From: Candidatus Arthromitus sp. SFB-rat-Yit | Lineage (GTDB): Bacteria > Bacillota > Clostridia > Clostridiales > Clostridiaceae | DNA: 32,000 bases | Direction of reading: 5' to 3' | NCBI RefSeq assembly: GCF_000283555.1 | Contig: NC_016012.1 | Location: 480,001-512,000, forward strand | Part shown: positions 1-7,281 of the stretch, in pieces | How the letters are laid out: each line of letters begins with the position of its first letter | Position numbering within the stretch: position 1 is the stretch's first letter | The notes under the pieces: model-generated | The model's database searches: none | Told to the model about the DNA's origin: nothing | Seen by the model: only the letters and a program-made list of their open reading frames with translations | Position numbers and translations under genes: made by a program

Positions 1-210
1 GTTGAATTTATTAAAATGTGTTCTTATGTTTGTAGTAAAGAAGATTTAGGAATTGACAGCTATAATTTTATATTGGCTTGTACAAGTTTTCCTTATGAGT
101 TTGTGAGAGTTATATCAAGATATAGGGATTTGGGGCGAGAATTATCTAATTACTCTAAAGAATGCAATTTTGATAATGTTTTAAGTAAAGATGGAGATAG
201 TCTTATATGA
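1..210 (+). CDS. 3' end of a CotS-like (APH/spore-kinase fold) protein; 5' end lies outside the window
   Basis: Frame 1 is open from base 1 to the TGA at 208-210. The peptide ...ILACTSFPYEFVRVISRY resembles the C-terminal 'fP..fw....y' helix I associate with CotS-family proteins. The stop overlaps the next start (ATGA at 207-210). Confidence 0.4.
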   Translation, partial: VEFIKMCSYVCSKEDLGIDSYNFILACTSFPYEFVRVISRYRDLGRELSNYSKECNFDNVLSKDGDSLI

Positions 211-1253
211 TTAATCCTAATTTTTGTATTTTAAATTTGAATGAATATAATTTATCTTATGATTTTTTGAAAATTGTTGTTGGGATAGATGTAAGTGAAT
301 GTTATCCATACAAAAATGGATTTTTTATGGTTGATCAGAATGGAAATAAATATTTACTCTTTAAAATTTTTAAGGAAGATGTGGGAAAATACATTCAAAT
401 ATTTGAGGTTTTGAAAAATATAAATTCTTCAAACAAATTGATTCAAGATATGTATTGTTTTAATGGGAAAAAATATTTTACAGATAACATTACAAATGAA
501 GATTATATTGTTTTTAATTATCCAAATGGAGAACATAATAAATGGAATGATTTTGATTTTAATTTAATCAAAGAAATTTTAATTGATTTTTATAATGCAT
601 CTAGGGACATTTTGAAAGATTATTATAATTTCAATTTAAAAGAAGATGTAAAATTATTGACCATAGGTGATGAGATAAAATATATAGATAATCATCTTTT
701 AAATATACAAAATATAGAGATGTTTATTTTGTACAAGCACAGAAAAAATAAGATTGATAATTTGTTTTTAGAAAATAAGATTTATATGGAAGATGAGCTT
801 ATAAAAATTAGGGAGTTTTTTACTAGTTATAAATTTAAGAATTATGTAAGTGATTATAAAAATATAAGATTTATAAATGGAAATCTATCAAATAAATCTT
901 TTGTATTTAATGACGGAAAGTGTTATATGGCAAACTTCTATAATGCTTCTATTGATTTGTTTGTTAAAGATATAGCTGTGTTATCTGAAAAGGTAATTTT
1001 TAATTTTAATATAGATAGATTCAAAACATTTCTTATAGATTTCTTAAATAATTTTGAAGGAGATATTAAAGAACATTTAGAGGTATTATTTAATTATATA
1101 AAACTCAATAACCGTATGTTTAAGTGGTTTGATAACCAATATAAAGATGATTATCATAATAGTAATAATTCTGATTTGGATAATAAAATGCAAGAAATAA
1201 GTGATTACAAACAAAAAAGAAATTATTTTATAAATAAAGTATCCTTCACTTAG
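207..1253 (+). CDS. CotS-family-like kinase-fold protein, probably catalytically degenerate
   Basis: 348-aa ORF. GGAGA lies 9 nt upstream of the ATG. The segment RFINGNLSNKSFVF..CYMANFYNASIDLFVKDIA lines up with the APH/CotS catalytic loop (HxDxxxxN) and the IDxD..D..DLA metal-binding segment, but has N where the Asp residues are expected. Confidence 0.45.
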   Translation: MINPNFCILNLNEYNLSYDFLKIVVGIDVSECYPYKNGFFMVDQNGNKYLLFKIFKEDVGKYIQIFEVLKNINSSNKLIQDMYCFNGKKYFTDNITNEDYIVFNYPNGEHNKWNDFDFNLIKEILIDFYNASRDILKDYYNFNLKEDVKLLTIGDEIKYIDNHLLNIQNIEMFILYKHRKNKIDNLFLENKIYMEDELIKIREFFTSYKFKNYVSDYKNIRFINGNLSNKSFVFNDGKCYMANFYNASIDLFVKDIAVLSEKVIFNFNIDRFKTFLIDFLNNFEGDIKEHLEVLFNYIKLNNRMFKWFDNQYKDDYHNSNNSDLDNKMQEISDYKQKRNYFINKVSFT

Positions 1254-1270
1254 AGTGAAGGATACTTTAT
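1239..1270. terminator. Bidirectional hairpin shared by convergent genes
   Basis: Perfect 12-bp inverted repeat GTATCCTTCACT (1239-1250) / AGTGAAGGATAC (1254-1265). The loop is the TAG stop of the + strand gene. The flanks are A/T-rich on both sides. Confidence 0.7.
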
Positions 1271-1728
1271 AGTTTTTTATCGTTTATAATATGTTCCAAA
1301 ATAGAATCACATCCAGCCTTAATAAGCTCGAAGGTTAAATTAAAATCTCCAGTATAATAAGGGTCAGGAACAAAATTATGAGATGAATTTTTGATAAAAT
1401 CTGTTAACTTATGTATTTTTATGTTAGGATTTATATTTGTTACATCACGCATATTTGAATCATCCATAACAATTATATAATCGTTTGTACTTAAATCTTT
1501 TTCTGTAAGTTTTTTAGATATGATATTTGAAAAATCTATATTTAATTTATTAAGGATTGTTTGAGTTCCATGATGAGGGGGATTACCTACGTTATAACTA
1601 GATGTAGCTCTAGATGATACGTTGATTTTATCACTAAGATTATTTTGTTTAATGATATGTCTCATATAAGCTTCACTCATTGGAGATCTACAAATATTAC
1701 CTAAACATATAAATAAAACATTGACCAA
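1267..1728 (-). CDS. Low-molecular-weight protein tyrosine phosphatase (LMW-PTP)
   Basis: P-loop VLFICLGNICRSPMSE (CX5R-S) near the N-terminus and a DPYY D-loop near the C-terminus. The track start at 1737 is a GTG inside the GAGGTG Shine-Dalgarno sequence, so the TTG at 1728, 6 nt after GAGGTG, is the more likely start. Confidence 0.85.
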   Translation of the reverse strand: MVNVLFICLGNICRSPMSEAYMRHIIKQNNLSDKINVSSRATSSYNVGNPPHHGTQTILNKLNIDFSNIISKKLTEKDLSTNDYIIVMDDSNMRDVTNINPNIKIHKLTDFIKNSSHNFVPDPYYTGDFNLTFELIKAGCDSILEHIINDKKL

Positions 1729-1876
1729 ATTAATCACCTCAAATATAATTTTCTTATGATTATAACATAATTACAAATGAGTATTGGGTTTTTATTATTA
1801 TGTTTGTATAAAATTAAGTATAGACTCAAATACTAATTATTAATATTATAATCAGTAATAGAGGTGATGGTAGAAA

Positions 1877-2701
1877 GTGTACATATATTCACATTTAAAT
1901 ATAACGGATGTTTTAGAAATAATTAGAAAAGTAAATCCCGTAAAGATATTAGACGTTAATGTTGGTTTTGGACGTTGGGGAATTTTATGCCGAGAATTAT
2001 TAGAGCGAGATAACATGGGAAAGGTTCGAAGACCTGACTTATGGAATATTAAAATAGATGGGATAGAAAATATTACTAGTTCTTATATACAAACTTATCA
2101 TGATATTTTCTATGATAATATATATAGGCAAGATTTAGAGGGGTTTTTAAAAAATCACTTAGCTTTATATGATTTGACTATCTTTTCACACGTATTGGAA
2201 TATAGATCAAGAGAAGAAAGTATAAGAATGTTAAGTAATGCAATGGGAATATCAAGATTTATATTGATCTATGTTAAACTTGGAAAACACAATAAACAAT
2301 ATACACCAGATGAAATACAAGTTAGTGTATGGGAAAAAGAAGATTTTGAAGGGTATGATGTTGTTAATAATATAATTTTAAATGATAGATATGGGAATAA
2401 ATATGGAATTTTTTTAATTGAGTGTAATACGATTAAGCGTATATATAATAAAAATGTTGTGATATATGGAATTGATGAGTATTTTGATTTATGTGTTAAG
2501 CCATTCATAGATGAAAATAAAATTATATGCTTTATGGAAGAAAATGTTTTTAAACAAGGACTCTTTCATATGGGGAAGATAATTCATACTATAAAGGGAG
2601 TTAAAAAAATAAAGGATGATTTTATAATAATAATAGCTAGCGTGTTTTATAGAGATATAAAAAAGAAGCTTGAAGCAGCTAGTTTATACAATTTTATATA
2701 A
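1877..2701 (+). CDS. Class I SAM-dependent methyltransferase-like protein with an extra C-terminal domain of about 85 aa
   Basis: Motif I-like ILDVNVGFGRWG, later IDGIE and YDLTIFSHVLEY. GTG start 10 nt after GAGGTG. The C-terminal part (VVIYGIDEYF...FMEEN...G..I) looks like a small Rossmann-like module. Confidence 0.55.
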   Translation: MYIYSHLNITDVLEIIRKVNPVKILDVNVGFGRWGILCRELLERDNMGKVRRPDLWNIKIDGIENITSSYIQTYHDIFYDNIYRQDLEGFLKNHLALYDLTIFSHVLEYRSREESIRMLSNAMGISRFILIYVKLGKHNKQYTPDEIQVSVWEKEDFEGYDVVNNIILNDRYGNKYGIFLIECNTIKRIYNKNVVIYGIDEYFDLCVKPFIDENKIICFMEENVFKQGLFHMGKIIHTIKGVKKIKDDFIIIIASVFYRDIKKKLEAASLYNFI

Positions 2702-2719
2702 TTGTGGTATTTGATTTTG

Positions 2720-2757
2720 ACACAGGATTTAATTCTTGTGTTTTATTATTTTTTTTG
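2720..2757 (+). terminator. Rho-independent terminator
   Basis: Stem ACACAGGA / TCTTGTGT (one G-U pair), followed by a long T-rich run through about 2756. Confidence 0.6.
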
Positions 2758-2863
2758 TGATTTATGTTTTACAAATAAATATTTTAAATAATGTTGTAAA
2801 TTGGTTAAAGTTTTAATAAAGAATAACATCTATTAAATTATTTGTTTGAGGGAGATTAATATT

Positions 2864-3418
2864 ATGGTTGATTTAAGTACAGAGGTAATTACTGGAAGAG
2901 TTTGTTTTGATGATGTAAATATTTGGAAAGATAAGGCTATTAATGTAGACAATTTTGAATATTCAGTGTGCTTATTAATACCCAAATCAGATGGTAAGAC
3001 ATTAAGTGATATTAGAAAAGCTATAGAAAATGCAAAAAAAATAGGAATAAATATTTTAGATAATAAATTGAATTTAAATATTGAAAGTCCGTTAAAAGAT
3101 GGACTTGAGAAATCTAAAGATGAAATTTATAAAGGTTGTTATTTTATAAATGCCATTAACATCAACCAGCCAGTTATATTGGATAAATTTAATAAACCAA
3201 TTAATAATAAAGAAGAATTTTATAATGGATGTTATGGATATGCTTCAATTAATTTTTACGCTTTTAATGATAATGTGAATAAGGGTATAACATGTAAAAT
3301 CAATACTATTATAAAGACTGATGATGGAGATTTACAGAATAATAAGTTAAATGATTTGGTAGATATGTCTTGTATAGAAGCTATAAAATTAGAGGGTAGT
3401 GGAAGTTTTATGGTTTAG
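2864..3418 (+). CDS. DUF2815-family protein (phage-associated, ssDNA-binding-like)
   Basis: VITGRV...YSVCLLIPKSDGKTLSDIRKAIENAKK...PLKDG...YKGCYFINA...EEFYNGCYGYASINFYAFN..NKGITC matches my recollection of the DUF2815 consensus along its whole length. The ATG at 2864 lies 7 nt after GAGGGAG. The track start at 2846 is a TTG upstream of the Shine-Dalgarno sequence. Confidence 0.7.
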   Translation: MVDLSTEVITGRVCFDDVNIWKDKAINVDNFEYSVCLLIPKSDGKTLSDIRKAIENAKKIGINILDNKLNLNIESPLKDGLEKSKDEIYKGCYFINAININQPVILDKFNKPINNKEEFYNGCYGYASINFYAFNDNVNKGITCKINTIIKTDDGDLQNNKLNDLVDMSCIEAIKLEGSGSFMV

Positions 3419-3487
3419 TTAAATTATAAAGTTTAAGGATAATATTAAGTTTTGAGATTTTGAAATTTGTTTGTTACGAGTATCTAA

Positions 3488-3520
3488 TAGGGTAAATCTA
3501 AGAGATTTACCCTATTTTTC
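3488..3520 (+). terminator. Rho-independent terminator
   Basis: AGGGTAAATCT (3489-3499) / AGATTTACCCT (3503-3513), a perfect 11-bp stem with a 3-nt loop, followed by ATTTTT. Confidence 0.8.
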
Positions 3521-3721
3521 TGTAAAAAGATACAATAATATTAAGATAATATTATTAAAAGATACTATTTTTTAATATTTAAGCATTAAAAGATATTAAT
3601 TTTTAATAATTTCTTAAATAGAAATTACTATTTCAAAAATTTATATGGATATATAATTAAAACATCAAGTAGGACAAACAAAATTTAAAAATAAGAAATA
3701 AAAGTTTAGGAGATGTTTAAT

Positions 3722-5068
3722 ATGTTAAAAAATAAAATTAAGAAAATATTATCAGTTGTAGCTTTAGGAGCATTAATAACAGTTGGAGCAGGAAGTGTAA
3801 AATCAATGGCAGTTAATACGCAACAAAATACAGCAGCAGTTGTTGCAGAAGATTATTCATATAGTAATTATGGATATGAAGATCTTATACAAGAGATGTT
3901 GGATGAAGGATATATAGATCAAAATAGAGCTACTACTCTTAGAAGTGGTATTAATTCTGAAAATGGACAAATTGAAATAGATAAAACGTATGATTTATAT
4001 TTAGTTGATTTAGATGTAAAAGAGGGATATTACAGCAAAGAAGCTGGAGAAATTTATAAAAGAGTGATAGAAGCAGAATATGCAGGAAATTATGATTTAG
4101 CTGATCAAATATATGACGAGCTTATTGTACAGTTAGATAAAGAAGGAGTAACAGCAGACGAAGATTTAGCAGGGTACTATAGTGAACTTGTAAGTGAAAT
4201 GAAAGATGCTGGATATATAGATCAAGATAGAGCTAATACTTTCACAAATGATATTAATTCTGAAAATGTACAATTTGAAATAGAGAAAGCTTATTATTTA
4301 TATTTAATTGATTTAGATGTAAAAGAAGGGTATTACAGTAAAGAAGCTGGGGAAATGCATAAAAGATTGATAGAAGCAGAATACGCGGGAAATTATGATT
4401 TAGCTGATCAAATATATGATGAGTTTATGGCACAGTTAGAGAAAGAAGGAGTAACAGTAAATGAAGATCTATCAGGGTACTATAGTGAGATTATAAGCGA
4501 AATGAAAGATGCTGGATATATAGATCAAAATAAAGCTAATACTTTTACAAATGATATTAATTCTGAAAATGTACAACTTGAAATAGATAAAATGTATGAT
4601 TTATATTTAATTGATTTAGATGTAAAAGAAGGATATTACAGTAAAGAAGCAGGAGAAATTTATAAAAGAGTGATAGAAGCAGAATATGCAGGAAATTATG
4701 ATTTAGCTGATCAAATATACGACGAGCTTATGGTACAGTTAAACAAAGAAGGAGTAACAGCAGACGAAGATTTAGCAGGGTACTATAGTGAACTTATAAG
4801 TGAAATGAAAGATGCTGGATATATAGATCAAAATAAAGTTAATACTTTTACAAATGATATTAATTCTGAAAATGTACAACTTGAAATAGATAAAGCGTAT
4901 GATTTATATTTAATCGATTTAGATGTAAAAGAGGGATATTACAGTAAAGAAGCTGCAGAAATAGAGAAGAGGTTAGTAGAAGCAGAATACGCAGGAAATT
5001 ATGATTTAGCTGATCAAATATATGACGAGCTTATGGTACAGTTAGAGAAAGAAGGATTATTCCAATAG
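3722..5068 (+). CDS. Secreted acidic repeat protein (signal peptide plus four 101-aa repeats), function unknown
   Basis: N-terminus MLKNKIKKILSVVALGALITVGAGSVKSMA is signal-peptide-like. AGGAG at 3708-3712 sits too close to the track ATG at 3713 and 9 nt from the ATG at 3722. The rest of the protein is four copies of one unit. No anchor motif is visible. Confidence 0.85.
   Translation: MLKNKIKKILSVVALGALITVGAGSVKSMAVNTQQNTAAVVAEDYSYSNYGYEDLIQEMLDEGYIDQNRATTLRSGINSENGQIEIDKTYDLYLVDLDVKEGYYSKEAGEIYKRVIEAEYAGNYDLADQIYDELIVQLDKEGVTADEDLAGYYSELVSEMKDAGYIDQDRANTFTNDINSENVQFEIEKAYYLYLIDLDVKEGYYSKEAGEMHKRLIEAEYAGNYDLADQIYDEFMAQLEKEGVTVNEDLSGYYSEIISEMKDAGYIDQNKANTFTNDINSENVQLEIDKMYDLYLIDLDVKEGYYSKEAGEIYKRVIEAEYAGNYDLADQIYDELMVQLNKEGVTADEDLAGYYSELISEMKDAGYIDQNKVNTFTNDINSENVQLEIDKAYDLYLIDLDVKEGYYSKEAAEIEKRLVEAEYAGNYDLADQIYDELMVQLEKEGLFQ
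3872..5065 (+). repeat. In-frame tandem repeat, about 3.9 copies of a 303-bp unit
   Basis: GGATATATAGATCAA recurs at 3908, 4211, 4514 and 4817 (spacing 303 bp). The peptide unit is GYIDQ..ANTFTNDINSENVQ.EI.K.Y.LYLIDLDVKEGYYSKEAGE..KR.IEAEYAGNYDLADQIYDE...QL.KEGVT..EDL.GYYSE..SEMKDA. Confidence 0.95.
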
Positions 5069-5112
5069 ATTAATTTAGGAAATTTATCTATTGAAAGGTA
5101 AATAAATTAATT

Positions 5113-5146
5113 AAAGAAAGCTTTGTTTCAAAGCTTTCTTTTTTTA
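5113..5146. terminator. Bidirectional rho-independent terminator
   Basis: AAAGAAAGCTTTG (5113-5125) / CAAAGCTTTCTTT (5129-5141), a perfect 13-bp stem with a TTT loop and a following T-run. It lies between convergent genes. Confidence 0.85.
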
Positions 5147-5374
5147 TGTGAGAGCATCACGTACATAAATGACGTCACAGTTTAAATGAGTAAATAAAGG
5201 TTCTATTGATGTTTTGAATTCTCCAAGTTCATAATTTAAAGATTGATTAAATAAAACTTGATTCGTTGTGTTGTTAACAACCAATAAAGTTCCATTTGTA
5301 ATGTCGTATGTGATTTCCATCTGTGAATCATTGGACCTTATATAATTTAATAAATCGTTAATTGAATTAAACAT
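5144..5374 (-). CDS. Small hypothetical protein (76 aa)
   Basis: ORF with AGGAGGTG 6 nt upstream of the internal ATG (MFNSINDLL...). The track start at 5401 lies upstream of this Shine-Dalgarno sequence. I recognise no family. Confidence 0.5.
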   Translation of the reverse strand: MFNSINDLLNYIRSNDSQMEITYDITNGTLLVVNNTTNQVLFNQSLNYELGEFKTSIEPLFTHLNCDVIYVRDALT

Positions 5375-5460
5375 AATTACACCTCCTAAATTTATAAACA
5401 CTTTAATTATTTCAAGTAAATTAGAAACTATTCAATATGTTTTTAAAATTATAGTTTATA

Positions 5461-5469
5461 TGTTAGAAT
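5461..5469 (+). promoter_or_regulatory. Candidate extended -10 element (TGTTAGAAT) for recJ
   Basis: TGnTAGAAT lies 29 nt upstream of the recJ ATG and upstream of AGGAGGAG. No convincing -35 element. Confidence 0.3.
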
Positions 5470-5497
5470 TGCAGTATGAATTTAATAGGAGGAGTGT

Positions 5498-7270
5498 ATG
5501 TTAGAACGGTGGATTTTGAGGAATAGAAATACTTTGGTTGAAGGATTAGAAACGCTTAAAATATCTAATAAAATTTTGAAAATACTTATAAATAGAGATT
5601 TTAAAAATTTTGATGACATTAAAAATTACATATATCCGAGTGAAGTTTTGTTGAATGATCCATTTAAATTAAAAGATTTTCAAAAGGCTATAGATATTTT
5701 GATTTCATTAGTTGAGAGTGGAGATAGGTTAAGAATTGTTGGAGATTATGATGTTGATGGTATAAGTAGTGTTTACATATTGTATAGAACTTTTAAAAAT
5801 ATTGGGATTAATGTTGATTTTGTAATACCTGATAGAGTTAAAGATGGTTATGGAATAAATACAAGGATAGTTAGTGAAGCAAAGAATGATGGTATTAAAT
5901 TTTTAATTACATGTGATAATGGAATTGCTGCTATTGATGTAATAAAATTTGCAAAAGAAAATGGATTTACGATAATTGTAACTGATCATCATGATATTCA
6001 AATTGTTAATGGTGAGAATGGAAATTTTGAAAAGGTTTTGCCAGATGCTGATGTGATTTTGAATCCAAAGCAAGATGATTGTACATATGAGTTTAAAAAA
6101 CTTTGTGGTGCGGGAGTTTGTTTTAAACTATGTTGTGAGTTATACAGGAAGTTTGGATTGGAAAATAAAATAAATGAGTTGATTGAAATAACTGCCATTG
6201 CAACTATTTGTGATGTTGTAGATTTGGAAGGGGAAAATAGATTTTTAGCAAAGAAAGGTATTGAGTTATTGAGGACAACAAATAACATTGGGCTTAATGC
6301 TATAATAGATGTAAATTCTATATCGAGAGAAAATATTTGTTCATATGATATAGGTTATGTGATTGGTCCGTGTTTAAATGCTTTGGGAAGACTTGATAGC
6401 GGTATGAAAGGATTGGATATCCTTTTGTGTGATGATAAGGAGAAGGCTTATGAGCTTGCAAGTGAGATAAAAGATTTAAATGATAAAAGGAAGTCCATGA
6501 CCTTAGAGGGATTTGTTGAAAGTTTGAAAATAATTAAAGAGGAGAATTATCTTAATTCAAATGTGATTGTTATCTACAATGAAAATATTCACGAAAGCAT
6601 AGCGGGTATAATTGCTGGAAGAATCAAAGAGAGATTTTATAAACCCACGATTGTTTTAACAAAAGGTGAGGGATGTTGTAAGGGATCGGCTAGGTCGATT
6701 GAAGGAATAAATATTTTTGATTTAATCTCTGAGAATCGAGATTTACTTGAGGCTTTTGGAGGACATCCTATGGCAGCAGGATTATCTATAAAAGAAGAGA
6801 ATATAAATTTGTTTAGAGATAGATTAAATAAGTCGAGTAGAATTGATAAAGATAAATATATAAACACTGTATATATTGATATTTTTTGTCCAATTCAAGA
6901 AATAGATTATGATTTTGTTAAGGATTTAGATAAACTTGAGCCGTTTGGGAAATCAAATCTAAAACCAGTTATTGGCGATAAGCATTTGAGAGTGTATTCT
7001 ATCAAGAGAATTGGAAAAAACAAGAATTACATTTCTATTAAATTAATTTCTACAGATGATAAAATTTTTGATTTTGTATATTTTGGGGATGCTGAAGAAT
7101 TTGATAAATCATTTAGTAATTCTTATTCAAGAGTTGAACTTGAGAGGTTGTATTCCGGAAAATGTAATATGAACAATCAATTTTTTATTGATGTTTTGTA
7201 TGAAGTGAGTATAGATAATTATAATTTTAGTGAAATGATAAAGTATTTCTTATTAAAATATAGATTTTAA
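5498..7270 (+). CDS. recJ: Single-stranded-DNA-specific exonuclease RecJ
   Basis: DHH-family motifs: IVGDYDVDGISS, ITCDNG, IVTDHHD, and the DHHA1 motif GGHPMAAGLSI. Length 590 aa. Preceded by AGGAGGAG. Confidence 0.9.
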   Translation: MLERWILRNRNTLVEGLETLKISNKILKILINRDFKNFDDIKNYIYPSEVLLNDPFKLKDFQKAIDILISLVESGDRLRIVGDYDVDGISSVYILYRTFKNIGINVDFVIPDRVKDGYGINTRIVSEAKNDGIKFLITCDNGIAAIDVIKFAKENGFTIIVTDHHDIQIVNGENGNFEKVLPDADVILNPKQDDCTYEFKKLCGAGVCFKLCCELYRKFGLENKINELIEITAIATICDVVDLEGENRFLAKKGIELLRTTNNIGLNAIIDVNSISRENICSYDIGYVIGPCLNALGRLDSGMKGLDILLCDDKEKAYELASEIKDLNDKRKSMTLEGFVESLKIIKEENYLNSNVIVIYNENIHESIAGIIAGRIKERFYKPTIVLTKGEGCCKGSARSIEGINIFDLISENRDLLEAFGGHPMAAGLSIKEENINLFRDRLNKSSRIDKDKYINTVYIDIFCPIQEIDYDFVKDLDKLEPFGKSNLKPVIGDKHLRVYSIKRIGKNKNYISIKLISTDDKIFDFVYFGDAEEFDKSFSNSYSRVELERLYSGKCNMNNQFFIDVLYEVSIDNYNFSEMIKYFLLKYRF

Positions 7271-7281
7271 AGGTGATTACT

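Noticed and set aside
1-1253. Possibility that ORFs 1-210 and 207-1253 are one gene split by a frameshift (a pseudogene)
   Set aside because: The first ORF already contains a C-terminal-type CotS motif. The second begins with its own N-terminal region, a GGAGA ribosome-binding site and a classic ATGA coupling overlap. Two tandem paralogues is the simpler reading.
2702-3520. Prophage or genomic island around the DUF2815 gene
   Set aside because: No integrase, att-like direct repeats, tRNA target or other phage genes are visible. The neighbouring genes are ordinary chromosomal genes.
3872-5065. Possibility that the regular tandem repeat is a CRISPR array or a non-coding satellite
   Set aside because: The period is 303 bp with no unique spacers. 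The repeat is in frame within one long ORF with a signal peptide, and the differences between copies keep the reading frame open. It is a protein-coding repeat.
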